Below, one piece after another: positions 1-10,330 of a stretch of 64,000 nt of DNA (the stretch's first letter is position 1; every line of letters starts with the position of its first letter). The position numbers were made by a program, and so were the translations under genes. The DNA is from a virus: the IMG/VR virus record IMGVR_UViG_3300037010_001275, positions 1-64,000 of that record; one strand, 5' to 3'. Below the pieces are notes generated by a model that did no database searches, had not been told where the DNA came from, and was given only the letters and a program-made list of their open reading frames with translations.

Positions 1-69
1 GTGGTGCCTCCCTTCGCCACCCGCCGCGATAGCCCCTCTTGCGGAGCAGTAGAGGCAAACCCCTGAAAA

Positions 70-156
70 CCCCCACGGACTGTGCTCCCAGTCCGTGGGG
101 GATTTCTTTGCAACGTCAAAAAAAAAACACCCCTACGACCGCAAAGTCGTAGGGGT
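70..156. terminator. Two back-to-back intrinsic terminator hairpins
   Basis: Stems CCCCCACGGACTG/CAGTCCGTGGGGG (70-101) and ACCCCTACGAC/GTCGTAGGGGT (129-156), with T and A runs. Confidence 0.7.
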
Positions 157-178
157 TTGTTTAGTCTCTTGCTTGTTG

Positions 179-850
179 TCAGTGAACGAAATTTTGTGTA
201 GATCTGTCCACTAGTTTAAAGTACTTGGCGTTCCTGCGTCCGGAGCGGTAAGCACTTTCCCCGAGATTGTACGCCATAATTGCAGCTCGCCTGCTCTTGA
301 GGCTCTCATACAACTCATGCAAGTAAGTCGCACCAATCCTGATATTCGTTTCAGGGTCGTACAGCGTCCCTCTCCAGATCCGTTCCTTGTGATGGTTACG
401 GTCGATCTGCATGAGGCCGAGGCAGGGGCCTAGCTTAGCCCTCGGGTTGAAGTCTGACTCAACCTCCATCACGCCGAGGATGTCCTTGGCGGTAGGGAAG
501 ACGGGGTCAGCGTATTTGGCCGCGAGAGCTGCAAGCATCCACGCATCATCCTCCTTTACATTCCGGTACGTCTTGGTAATGTACTGAGCGTTGATGGTGG
601 CTGACTCGATCTCGTCAGGTCGTTCCTTGGGCTTCTTCGCGACGGATGGCGCCGCTGTTAGAGTGACGGCTATAATGGCGACAGCTCGATGGGCAACAAT
701 CTTCTTAGCCTTAGTGGACTGTTTTACCTTGGCCTTGGAGATAGCTACGTGGGTAGTCGGCTTCGATGTCTTCGGTTTGGCGTAGGCTTCCCCGATGGAC
801 GTGAAGCAAATGGATATCGCAAGCGTAACGAACGCTATAAAGTTCTTCAT
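179..850 (-). CDS. Lytic transglycosylase (SLT domain) with N-terminal signal or anchor
   Basis: Motifs VESDFNP, GLMQI, NIRIGATYL and AYNLGE. Start moved to MKNF (850), which follows an AAGGAG SD. Confidence 0.85.
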   Translation of the reverse strand: MKNFIAFVTLAISICFTSIGEAYAKPKTSKPTTHVAISKAKVKQSTKAKKIVAHRAVAIIAVTLTAAPSVAKKPKERPDEIESATINAQYITKTYRNVKEDDAWMLAALAAKYADPVFPTAKDILGVMEVESDFNPRAKLGPCLGLMQIDRNHHKERIWRGTLYDPETNIRIGATYLHELYESLKSRRAAIMAYNLGESAYRSGRRNAKYFKLVDRSTQNFVH

Positions 851-935
851 AGGGGGTCTCCTTATTGGGCGTTGCCCCGCCAGGATTGGCGGGGGTATTC
901 CCATTCATGAGATCTCTACGCGTGCTCAAAAGTGT

Positions 936-1700
936 TCAATGCACAGAGATCGATTGCAGGGCCTCCGCAGCTTTCCCCGGCTCCTTACCGAGAATAACTG
1001 CTACGGTCTGGTCCCTTTCTGCTCTCCTCCTGAAAGCAAGGGTTAACAACTTCGGCACGCCCATGGGCGAACCAACCTCATCAAAGTTCTCATCGAAGAA
1101 TCTTCGAAGTTCTTTATCATACGAGAGCTCCTCTCGCACAGTGTCAAATATCTCCGAGGCGGCCTCGATGACAGCGATATACGGATAGCTATCGTCCTTG
1201 GGTTGCTCCTTCATGTCCCGCTCGAATGCTTCGATATACTCCAACGTGGCCTTCTGTCGCGACATGAACGAAATGTCGAGCGCCAAATCACCTCGGGTCA
1301 CTCGGAACGTGTCATTTTTCATCACCATCACGCCATCAAGACCATGCAGATCATTGACAATCGTCTCTACAGCGGCCTGCACGGTCTCTGCCTTAGCCTC
1401 GGGGTCGATAGGGCGGGCGATGATGCCTGCCACGTCCGCGAACATCTCGGCAGCCACAAGAATCGGCAACCGATTGATAAATGGGATGCACTCCACGATC
1501 TTGCGGAATAGGACCGTGAAGTAAAGCGGAGACTCGGTTTGATCTACGAAGTAGATTTCACAGCAGTACTGCTTGCTGAATGTCTTCAATGCGTGCTCGA
1601 TCACCGTCGAAGCCTCGGTGGAGAACACCATGAAGTCAGTGCGCTCCAGTAAGTCGAAAAAACGGGTGGGCATTGAGCGCCTTTGTCTGATTCTTGTCAT
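936..1700 (-). CDS. Hypothetical protein
   Basis: Long ORF with phage-like codon usage. Start uncertain (1700 or 1673). Confidence 0.6.
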   Translation of the reverse strand: MTRIRQRRSMPTRFFDLLERTDFMVFSTEASTVIEHALKTFSKQYCCEIYFVDQTESPLYFTVLFRKIVECIPFINRLPILVAAEMFADVAGIIARPIDPEAKAETVQAAVETIVNDLHGLDGVMVMKNDTFRVTRGDLALDISFMSRQKATLEYIEAFERDMKEQPKDDSYPYIAVIEAASEIFDTVREELSYDKELRRFFDENFDEVGSPMGVPKLLTLAFRRRAERDQTVAVILGKEPGKAAEALQSISVH

Positions 1701-1726
1701 TACAATATATCCTCCACGCACTCTTA

Positions 1727-1887
1727 ATGAAACTCTACAAAAATGTTCCCTCTTCCCCAAAATTCGCGATCGGGGAAGAGGGGGCTTTGACCTTAAATGA
1801 CCATTTCCGCTAGAAGGTCAGAAGACTTCGTCGATGGATACCTACTTGCGGGTATTACAGCTGATGCCGGGTACTACGATATTTGCC
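1727..1887. repeat. Decayed duplicate of ligA 3' end plus terminator (copy 1)
   Basis: Matches 3705-3864. Identical 32-bp core at 1812-1843 and 3792-3823. The ligA frame has AAG changed to TAG in this copy. Confidence 0.9.
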
Positions 1888-1905
1888 GTCAGGTGCATCA
1901 TGTAA

Positions 1906-2217
1906 TCATGCCCCATAACGCACCTCCTTTCTAGTGTCGGGCCGGTCGAACAATTCCCCCTCCGGGTCATAGCCCTTCCAAACACCGCCGTCCTCTGGCA
2001 GACACTCGTTACCGACGATGCCCACCAACCACTCTCCATCAGCGTTGTCGGCACGCCCCGTGACCTCTCCGCCACAATGGTCACAGACCACCTTGGCGAT
2101 GTCGGTCATGAAGTCTGCGTATTTCTCCGTGGTGTCGAGTTGGTCGTGTAACAGTCGGCCAACAAGCAGCCTTGTCACGATCTCGGCAAGTTCGCCGTTG
2201 TTGATCTGCTTACTCAT
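1906..2217 (-). CDS. Hypothetical protein (island)
   Basis: MSKQINNGELAEIV start after a GGAGGAGG SD. Confidence 0.7.
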   Translation of the reverse strand: MSKQINNGELAEIVTRLLVGRLLHDQLDTTEKYADFMTDIAKVVCDHCGGEVTGRADNADGEWLVGIVGNECLPEDGGVWKGYDPEGELFDRPDTRKEVRYGA

Positions 2218-2390
2218 GGCAGGCCTCCTCCAGGAAGATGAGAAAGCGGTTGTGCTTCCTTTTGCTGCCGTATGGTTGTTGAAGCTGGATAGACATATTT
2301 TTCTCCTTGTTGAAAATGGTTGAAATGAGAAGAAGTCACTGCCCGAAGGGCAAGAGACCCCTCCATAGGTTGGCGATTTATCGTCTGATG

Positions 2391-2729
2391 TTAGGCGCGT
2401 TCGTGCTTTGCAACCCACTTGTCCAGAAACTCAACCCAGGCATTGAAATCCCGCGCCAAGGCTTCAGGATTGTCGTGAAGCACACCCGTAGTTCCGTTCG
2501 GCAATATCTCTACCAAATACTTCTGGTATTTCGCCGGGCGGCAATTTGGACCAAGGAAAAAATCTACATATCCTGGATCAATGCACTCCCCCTTCTTTTC
2601 GGTAAGGGTCGCCAGAACTTCATCTTCTGGCCCATACAGCTTCAACAGCAAAGGCTTATTACCTCCGCCTAACTCGATCTGATGTAGCCCACGGGCTCCG
2701 AACCGCTTTGATGGTTTTCCTTCTCTCAT
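2391..2729 (-). CDS. Hypothetical protein (island)
   Basis: ORF with AAGGAG SD. Confidence 0.6.
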   Translation of the reverse strand: MREGKPSKRFGARGLHQIELGGGNKPLLLKLYGPEDEVLATLTEKKGECIDPGYVDFFLGPNCRPAKYQKYLVEILPNGTTGVLHDNPEALARDFNAWVEFLDKWVAKHERA

Positions 2730-2849
2730 TTTTTGATCTCCTTAAATATTTTGGTAATCAGGCGACAGGCGCACCAATCAGCATGCCGAAGATGACCTTA
2801 CCTTGACCTGCGCAGAAACACTCGCCCGAATCCGCTATGCTTCCTTGAA

Positions 2850-3500
2850 CTAGTCGTTCTCGCAATCGTCTTCGTACCGCGCGATGAGACCATTCAAGTC
2901 ATCATTGTCTACGTAGAAGACTCTGTCACCAACACGACGAAAATAGGCGCTCTCCGTAGAAAGAACTGCCACCGACACTAGATTGGCAATATTAATGACA
3001 GCAGTCTCGACGCTGTAACTAGCGTGTTTCGGGTAAGCCTCAAACCAGAAGGTATCCTTCCTAACTTGCATGGAACCCCATCCGATACGAAATTCGTCTT
3101 CTCGGTTCCAGCGATCTACTATGTCAGAAGTCGTTATCAATATCGATCCATGCTCTTTGCAAAGACGGGAAAATCTAAGAAGACGTTCGATGAATTCTGG
3201 CGTTACTCTGATTTCCGCGTAATCAGGTCCCTCTCCGAACTCGTTGGTAGTCCGAGCTTCCACGACTAACGTAAACGGCTCAAAAGTCGGTACTTTCCGG
3301 ACTTCTATGCCTTCTGTAACATCACAGTTCCAACTACCTTCGTCATCAATCCCGTTTTCGCGGAGGTAAGTGACGAGATCACGTAGTAAGGTTTTTATTC
3401 CCATACCGGACGGCGCAACGATTTCATCGTCTGGAAATCCTACGTACCTATCCCGGATGGCGGTCGTAGCAGCTGTAAGAAGCTTTATACATTCACTCAT
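2850..3500 (-). CDS. Hypothetical protein (island)
   Basis: 216-aa ORF with GGAG SD. Confidence 0.65.
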   Translation of the reverse strand: MSECIKLLTAATTAIRDRYVGFPDDEIVAPSGMGIKTLLRDLVTYLRENGIDDEGSWNCDVTEGIEVRKVPTFEPFTLVVEARTTNEFGEGPDYAEIRVTPEFIERLLRFSRLCKEHGSILITTSDIVDRWNREDEFRIGWGSMQVRKDTFWFEAYPKHASYSVETAVINIANLVSVAVLSTESAYFRRVGDRVFYVDNDDLNGLIARYEDDCEND

Positions 3501-3704
3501 TTCTTTAGTTCTCCAATTTTTGAAAATCCTAGAACACTATACTCTTGCGGAAAATAGCGTCTCTCAAGGTGGGGTTCTGGATGATAACCGATTGTCGTCT
3601 TGATACTGTTTGTTTTAGCGCAAGTATAGCGTCGTTCCCATTGTAAATTGATCTACTTGTTTAGTAGGTCGACTTAATCATAGCTTTTACGTCATACTCC
3701 CTTT

Positions 3705-3864
3705 ATGAAACTCTACAAAATATTCCCTCTTCCCCAAAATTCATGATCGGGGAAGAGGTTTTTTTTTTGACCTAACAGCTATTTCCGCTAGAGAAGGTCA
3801 GAAGACTTCGTCGATGGATACCTTCTTACGGCTGTTACGGTTAATACCGAGGATATCGATTGCC
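3705..3864. repeat. ligA 3' end plus terminator (copy 2, functional)
   Basis: Direct repeat of 1727-1887. Hairpin CCTCTTCCCC/GGGGAAGAGG. Confidence 0.9.
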
Positions 3865-5864
3865 TGCTGCTCATCGATGATCTTCACGCCAAGCTCGGTA
3901 GCCTTTTGGTTCTTAATGGTACCGGATGACGTGTCATTGGTGATGAGGTAGTCGGTCTTGCGACTGATTGACGATGCCATCTTATGGCCGAGACGCTCGA
4001 TTGCTTCCTTGAACTCATCGCGTCCGTAGCCCTTCAGGTTCCCGGTGACGACGACCGTGTACTTCTGACCCTCGACCTGATTTTCCTTGAGCTCCTGTGA
4101 GAAGCTGCGTACCTTGACGCGAGCGCTGAACACCTTGAAGGTCTCCTCGATTAGCTCCTGGTAACGGAACAACACGTCCACGGTGGCCTGATCGACGCCG
4201 TCGATCGCAAGAAGCTTCTGCTCCAGTCGATTTGGCTTCTCTCCAACCAGAGTCTCGACAGAGACATGCTTAAGGATCAGCTTGGCGCGGCTGCGACCAA
4301 AGAGCGGAATGTTGAGCGAGCCGAGCAGCTCATAGTCATACACACCCTTCTCGGAGTAAAGCTTCTTATGAATGGCATCGACGATGATCTTCGCCGACGA
4401 CTTCCCGAAGCCATCCTCTTTAGCCAGACGATCAGAAAGCTCGTCGTCGAAGTCGAGGAACTGGTGAACGTACTCCACGTAGCCCTTATCGTATAGGGCT
4501 TTGATCGTATTGCGCTTAATCCCCTTGATTCCCATCTTCTCAATGAACTGCTGCAGGCGACCAATCTTGACAAGGTCGCAAGCATCGTTATCACAGAACA
4601 GGAAGACACTGTCATTCTTCAGTTTTTCACCACAGCACTCGCAGTAGGACGGCGGAACGAGTACGACATCCTCCTTACCGCGAGGATGTACGGTCGGAAG
4701 TTTCTCCACGTAGCCGAGGACGTCGTTGTTGAGGCTGAACAACATCCGATCGTTCTTCTGAAGATTCATCTCTTTGAAACGGCGGTAGTTGGCTAGCGAG
4801 ACATTTTGGTATGTCGCGCCATTCATCATTACCGGCTCGAGAACCGCCACAGGCGTGTAGGTCGCACTGTTGCCGTCGGTATACCATTCGACGTCCTTTA
4901 GGCGGGTTTCCTGCTCCATGTATGGAAGCTTGAAGGCGACGGCAAAGCACGGGCGATTGTCAGAATAACCGAGGTTCTCGCGGACGTCCTGATCAACAAT
5001 CTCAACGACGATGCCATCGATCATGTACGGCAAATCAAAGCGATTCTCAGCGATGCTCTTATATAGCTCCTCTAGCTCTTCAACAGACTCTACGACGTGC
5101 ATGTCAATCGAATCAAAGCAACTCTGGCTCTCAGCAAGATCGAGTAGCGCATCAATCTCTTGAATGCGAGTAACATGTTGGCCGGTGATGGCACGATACT
5201 TGAGTGGGATGAGCGTCAAATATTTCGCCATCGGAATACCATTTTCCTTAATGATCCCACCAATCGCCGACCGTGGATTCTTGTAGGATGTGCTGAACTC
5301 AGCATTCAACTTCTCAAGATTCTCCCAAGAAATCACTGCTTCAAAGCCGAAAGCAAAGTCCTCGATAGTCTCGCCATCGATTTGAGGTGGAACGAACTTA
5401 CCTTTGAAGATGCCACCCCAAGCGTTGCGGAAGTACCCGGTCAAGTCTTTGCCTATACCATCCTTGCCGCGAGTCAGCGCCGCCGAGAGGCGATTTTTCT
5501 TGAACTCAGCATTGACGCTGTGACCGTCGTACTTTAGCGAGACGTACAGCGGGGTCTTCCTCGACACCTTGTAGCCACGCCGCCGTAGCCAGTCCTTCAT
5601 TTGGTCGGTACTGACCACCTTGTCGAGAGTGCCAGCGAGATCGTCATAGCTGTGAGACAGCGTAACGGTGCTCGACACGTTTGGGGAGGCTCCGACCTCG
5701 AATCGCTTACCGCTGGCTTTCTCCCAAGCGTCCTTTAGGTCGTCAAAGTCTTGATCCGACATAAGCTTCGTGTCAGTATTGTAATACGCTTGAGCGGCGA
5801 GACGGAGCTTCTTCTCGACCTCTGCTAAATTGATCTTACCACCCTTGGTGGGCTTGAGCGACAT
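3798..5864 (-). CDS. ligA: NAD-dependent DNA ligase
   Basis: Domain Ia (AYY...SDQDFD), KYDG adenylation motif, TRG, DGIVV, AFK, C4 zinc finger, C-terminal BRCT. Confidence 0.95.
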   Translation of the reverse strand: MSLKPTKGGKINLAEVEKKLRLAAQAYYNTDTKLMSDQDFDDLKDAWEKASGKRFEVGASPNVSSTVTLSHSYDDLAGTLDKVVSTDQMKDWLRRRGYKVSRKTPLYVSLKYDGHSVNAEFKKNRLSAALTRGKDGIGKDLTGYFRNAWGGIFKGKFVPPQIDGETIEDFAFGFEAVISWENLEKLNAEFSTSYKNPRSAIGGIIKENGIPMAKYLTLIPLKYRAITGQHVTRIQEIDALLDLAESQSCFDSIDMHVVESVEELEELYKSIAENRFDLPYMIDGIVVEIVDQDVRENLGYSDNRPCFAVAFKLPYMEQETRLKDVEWYTDGNSATYTPVAVLEPVMMNGATYQNVSLANYRRFKEMNLQKNDRMLFSLNNDVLGYVEKLPTVHPRGKEDVVLVPPSYCECCGEKLKNDSVFLFCDNDACDLVKIGRLQQFIEKMGIKGIKRNTIKALYDKGYVEYVHQFLDFDDELSDRLAKEDGFGKSSAKIIVDAIHKKLYSEKGVYDYELLGSLNIPLFGRSRAKLILKHVSVETLVGEKPNRLEQKLLAIDGVDQATVDVLFRYQELIEETFKVFSARVKVRSFSQELKENQVEGQKYTVVVTGNLKGYGRDEFKEAIERLGHKMASSISRKTDYLITNDTSSGTIKNQKATELGVKIIDEQQAIDILGINRNSRKKVSIDEVF

Positions 5865-5919
5865 GGCACTTACCTCCTAAAAAGAAAAAGAAGTGGGCTG
5901 TCAAAGTAGCCCACTAAGT

Positions 5920-6615
5920 TATGTTTGACTACACTTCAGCATGTGACGTATTGTCAGTACTGCAAACATGACGGCTATGAACCTAGTGATCTTGTAGGTC
6001 AGGTGGCCCACAGACACCGATGACTTAGTGGATACACTCCAAATAGTTAGACAGAAGCGGATCGCTGATGATCATCTCTGCGCCGACCCACCCGAGCAGA
6101 CTAGCGCTAGCCCAGATGATAATTGGGAACATGTCCTTCAGCTTCATGATACCCTTATCGGCGAAAGCGACAGCTTGAATCGACAATACAAGACCGACAA
6201 AGGCATAAGCATCACTGTGACCACCAGCCGATTGTGCTGCTTCAGCGATAACGAGAACATTACTGAGACTCATCATGAAGTCCACAACAATGATGGTCTT
6301 CACCGCGCCCCAAATGTGGTGTATTGATCGAACCTTATTGTTCTCTGACAGCAGATTATAAGCGATCCAAAGAAGGTACGCACCGGCCACAAGCTTGACG
6401 GCAGTGATACCCATCAAGTAAGAATCAAAGAACGGCAAGATTGCACGGAGTAACATAGCCCCAAAAGTACCTAGCAAGACAACACGGATTCGCATGGAAT
6501 TGGGCAGGTTAGCGCAAGCAAGCATGATCACAGCAACATTTTCGACGCCAAGTATAATACTTATGCCAACGATTTTGAAGATGGCGGACCAGTCAATAGA
6601 TGAGAAGAATTCCAT
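5920..6615 (-). pseudogene. Degenerate TerC/YjbE-family membrane protein
   Basis: TerC-like helices. Family DN motifs are altered (LGVEN, MSLSN). ORF stops at 6025 and a further hydrophobic segment (HLTYKITRFIAVMFAVL) follows in another frame. Confidence 0.6.
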
Positions 6616-6679
6616 TTGATTTCCTTTGACAAAAAGTAGACCCCATGAGAAGCCTCTCATGGGGATTGTTGGTGTGCGC

Positions 6680-6967
6680 TTAGATTGAAGGTTGCTCAGC
6701 GGGAGTCTGCTCCTGACCGCTGTCCTTCTGCTCGACGATCGGCTTCGTAAAAGTTACCACGAAGTTGCGCGGATGGATCTCGAAGTCGCGGTCAGTGACA
6801 TCCAGCTGCTTGTGGAAAGTGATGCTGCTGTTCATGTGGAAATTCACGATGTCGATTTTGTCCGAGGTGACACCGAACTGCTTGGCGATCTTCTCGCGCA
6901 CAATAGTAGCGATTTCCTCTTGAGAAACGGAGACGGTTAGGGTCAAGGTTTCGACGAATTGAGGCAT
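6680..6967 (-). CDS. Hypothetical protein
   Basis: ORF with AAGGA SD and host-like codon usage. Confidence 0.65.
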   Translation of the reverse strand: MPQFVETLTLTVSVSQEEIATIVREKIAKQFGVTSDKIDIVNFHMNSSITFHKQLDVTDRDFEIHPRNFVVTFTKPIVEQKDSGQEQTPAEQPSI

Positions 6968-6978
6968 GTTGCTTTCCT

Positions 6979-7716
6979 TTAAGAATTAAAGTTTAGTGGG
7001 ATCTTGGTATTTACAGTGAATTGAATGCGGTCCTCGCGGTGATCGCGTTCCGAGCCCTTCTTGGGCTTGTGACGGTGCGAATTATCATGCTTCGGAACCT
7101 CGGCGCGAACATGGTTCTTCGGATGACGGTCCTCGCGACGGAGGCGCGGCGCAATATCGATATCCAACTCAGCCTTGATGTACTCGATTGCCAGCTTTGC
7201 GGCGTCCGGGTCGGATTCCGCGATGAGCATCTTAATCTTCTCAATCCGTTTCTCGAGAAGCAGATCCGAGTCGTTAAGGATCGCTATTACTTCATTGAGC
7301 CGAAGATACTGTTTGATTTGCAGCGTTATGTCTTCTTCGCTGCTCTCTTCGGTATTCGCCTTGGTTTCGGCATACTTCTCAGACTCGCTGCGCTCCCAGA
7401 CGATTTCGTGCATCCGATGCTCGTCATCCTGTAGCGAGACAGCCACGACCTCGTGTTCTTTGGTCATGGTGACGGCAATCGTTAGCTCGACGTCAGAGAA
7501 GTTCTCCTTGAGAAACTGCTCAGAGACTACCAACACGGTCGAACCATTCACGAGGACGTAGTCGCCGAATGTAATGCGCTGCTTGGTCTCGTTGACCATA
7601 AACTCGTCACCCTTGTACTTCTTGCATAGCTTCTTGAGAATATCATTTTCCCTCCAGTTCCAGGTAAATTGATGAGCTTCGAAAACGGACTGTAGATTCT
7701 TTGGGTAGACTTTCAC
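6979..7716 (-). CDS. Hypothetical protein
   Basis: GTG start with AGGAG SD. Confidence 0.65.
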   Translation of the reverse strand: MKVYPKNLQSVFEAHQFTWNWRENDILKKLCKKYKGDEFMVNETKQRITFGDYVLVNGSTVLVVSEQFLKENFSDVELTIAVTMTKEHEVVAVSLQDDEHRMHEIVWERSESEKYAETKANTEESSEEDITLQIKQYLRLNEVIAILNDSDLLLEKRIEKIKMLIAESDPDAAKLAIEYIKAELDIDIAPRLRREDRHPKNHVRAEVPKHDNSHRHKPKKGSERDHREDRIQFTVNTKIPLNFNS

Positions 7717-7770
7717 TTTTCTCTCCTTTTACGGTAATTCAAGAGAGGACCGAAGCCCTCCCTTGGTTTC

Positions 7771-10215
7771 TCAAATATTGACGACAGTGATGGACGAGAT
7801 CTCATCATCATCGTTCAATTTCATAATTGTGGAGCCCTTGGCCGCCCGCCCGAGAGTGGCGACTTGATCGGCTTCGATCTTGATAGTCTTGTTGCTCTTC
7901 GCCGTTATGACAACCTGCTCGGAGGCGCGGATGAGAACGGTCTTGCACAGCTTGTCCTCGGGGTACAGTTTGATCGCAAGGAAAGCTGCACCCTGACCGG
8001 ACTCGGTGCGCTTGTACAGCAGGTCGCTGATGCGGACCATCTTGCCCTTACCATTGGTCGTGATGAACAGGACAAAAGAGTTTTCTTCCTCGTCCGTGCT
8101 GCTCAGGACCGCCCCGGCGACACGCTCTCCTTTCTCCTTCAACCGGATCATCTTGCGGCCCATGGAAGGACGGCGCTGCTGCGCGATGTTCGACAAAGGA
8201 ATTTTGGAGGCATAGCCGCGAGATGTCGTGATCACTACGAGGTCCTTCTCGGGATTCTTCGCATGGAGGACAGACGTAAGAATTTCATCTCCCTCCAGTG
8301 ACACGACCAGCAGACCGTCAGCGGGCATTCGCTGCGGGCGGCACTCGTCAAGTGGAACACGCTTCGTCAGGGATGATGACGTCACAAACACGATGTCGCC
8401 AGCGTCGTCCGGTGTGATCGGGACCAAAGCTGCAACCTTCTTGCTACCAAGACCATTCACGATATTACTCAGGTGGACGTGGTTGACGTTCAACTGGAAG
8501 GCGTTGACGATGAATAGCTTGCCGTCCTCGGTGAAGACGAAGAGCTTATCGTGCGAATTCAACACGATCGACTTCTCGACCACCTTGTTGCGCTTGCTAT
8601 CAATAAGCAGCTGACCTTTCGTACCCTTGTTAGCGTCCCGAAGTTCCTCGACCGGTTTTGAGTAGACGTAACTGTCAGTCGTAAAAGCCAGCAGCAGGTT
8701 CTCCTCCTCTATCAGGTCCGTCATCTCAACCTTTCCGACATTCATCAGTTTGGTCTTACGCGGTGCTTTGTACTTCTTGGCGACGGCCTCGAGCTCCTCA
8801 CGGATGATGCCGTCGATCAGGTCGGAGTCCTTCAAGATGTCTTCATACTCCTTAGCCGTCGCAGCCTTTTCTTTTAACTCTGCTTCGAGCTTGGAGACTT
8901 CGAATCCAGAGATCTTGTAGAGCTGTTGCTCGACAATGTATTGTGCTTCTTTCTCAGCGAAGTCGTACTTCTCGATAAGTTGCTGCTTCGCATCTTCCTT
9001 GTCCTTAACCTTCTTCATCAGCGAGATGATGGCGTCGATGTTCTTGTTAGCCTTGATTAGCGCCCGTAGGATGGTCATGCGTTCCAGAGTCTTCCCGATC
9101 AGGTTGACATATAGGCGACGCACGGTCCGACGGCGGAACTCGATCCAGTTGGTCAGGATGAAGTCTAGAGATGCATTGGCGATGAACTTTCCGCCACTCA
9201 GGATATTCATCATATACTTATGCGAGTACGTCATGCTCGTGTTCTCAAGAATCAGGTTCTTGAGGACAGGTAGGCTAACGCCGCGCTTCGGGTACACGAT
9301 GATCTCGACCTTCATCTTAGCAGACGAGTCCTTAATGTCGGAGATCTTGTCCTGCAGTAGGCCGGGGACCTTCTTCTTGCCCTCATCACGCTCCCGGCAC
9401 AGAGCCGTGATCTCCTCAACGATTTTACCGGTGGTAAGCCTTGGCGGGATCTCCTTGATGATGAGAACCTCCTTACCACCCTTCTTACCCTCTTCGATCA
9501 CGCCCCGGACACGAATAACGCCCTGCCCAGTCTCGTAAATCCTTGGCAGGTCCGCCGCGTTCAGGATCTCGCCGCCTGTCGGGAAGTCAGGCCCCTTTAG
9601 ATGCTTGGCGATCTCCTTGCTATCGAGGCTCGGATCATCCAGCTTGGCAATTGTGGCGGCGCAGATGTCGCCGACGCTGTGGATGGGGATGTCGGAGGCG
9701 TAGCCAGAACCGATACCCATCATCCCGGAGTTCAGGATGACCGGAAACTTTGACGGCAGGAAGATGGCGATTTTCTGGCTGCGGTCGTAGTTATCCTCAA
9801 AGTCCACAATATCATTGCTGATATTCTCGAAGAGAACCTCACGAGAGTATGAGCTGAGCTTGAGCTCGAGATATCGCTGCGCGGCGAAGGGCTTACCCTG
9901 CAGGTTACCGTTATTGCCCTGCGCGTCGATGAACGGGATCTCGTTCTTCCACCACTGCGAGAGGCCGACCATCGAGTCATACAAGCTCAGGTCGCCATGC
10001 GGGTGGAACATAGACACCGTTGCCCCAGTGTAGTACGCCGCCTTCTTGAAACCCGAGACGTTCTCGCGGTGCATCGTGAAGAGGATGCGACGGTTGACGG
10101 GGGTCAGACCATCCTCGAGAGCGGGGATAGCACGGCTGATCAGCACCGAAGCGCCATAGATGCTGTACGCGTCGGCAAAAGCCTGATCGATCGGCTTGTC
10201 AATAATGTTTTGCAT
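7771..10215 (-). CDS. gyrA: Type IIA topoisomerase / DNA gyrase subunit A
   Basis: RAIP..DGLTPV.RRIL, HPHGD, catalytic AAQRY, GPDFPTGG, C-terminal beta-pinwheel repeats. Confidence 0.93.
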   Translation of the reverse strand: MQNIIDKPIDQAFADAYSIYGASVLISRAIPALEDGLTPVNRRILFTMHRENVSGFKKAAYYTGATVSMFHPHGDLSLYDSMVGLSQWWKNEIPFIDAQGNNGNLQGKPFAAQRYLELKLSSYSREVLFENISNDIVDFEDNYDRSQKIAIFLPSKFPVILNSGMMGIGSGYASDIPIHSVGDICAATIAKLDDPSLDSKEIAKHLKGPDFPTGGEILNAADLPRIYETGQGVIRVRGVIEEGKKGGKEVLIIKEIPPRLTTGKIVEEITALCRERDEGKKKVPGLLQDKISDIKDSSAKMKVEIIVYPKRGVSLPVLKNLILENTSMTYSHKYMMNILSGGKFIANASLDFILTNWIEFRRRTVRRLYVNLIGKTLERMTILRALIKANKNIDAIISLMKKVKDKEDAKQQLIEKYDFAEKEAQYIVEQQLYKISGFEVSKLEAELKEKAATAKEYEDILKDSDLIDGIIREELEAVAKKYKAPRKTKLMNVGKVEMTDLIEEENLLLAFTTDSYVYSKPVEELRDANKGTKGQLLIDSKRNKVVEKSIVLNSHDKLFVFTEDGKLFIVNAFQLNVNHVHLSNIVNGLGSKKVAALVPITPDDAGDIVFVTSSSLTKRVPLDECRPQRMPADGLLVVSLEGDEILTSVLHAKNPEKDLVVITTSRGYASKIPLSNIAQQRRPSMGRKMIRLKEKGERVAGAVLSSTDEEENSFVLFITTNGKGKMVRISDLLYKRTESGQGAAFLAIKLYPEDKLCKTVLIRASEQVVITAKSNKTIKIEADQVATLGRAAKGSTIMKLNDDDEISSITVVNI

Positions 10216-10330
10216 ATCTTCCTTTCCTTTTCATGAAATCTCTGTGATGGATTACCAAACTGTTCAGGTGGCTCATCGTGATGCGATCCGTAGGAGTAGC
10301 AGCGCATTTTGCGCCGCTACCCCCTGCCCT

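Noticed and set aside
1-62. GC-rich stretch as tRNA or riboswitch
   Set aside because: No cloverleaf, T-loop or complete aptamer could be built, and it is truncated by the window edge.
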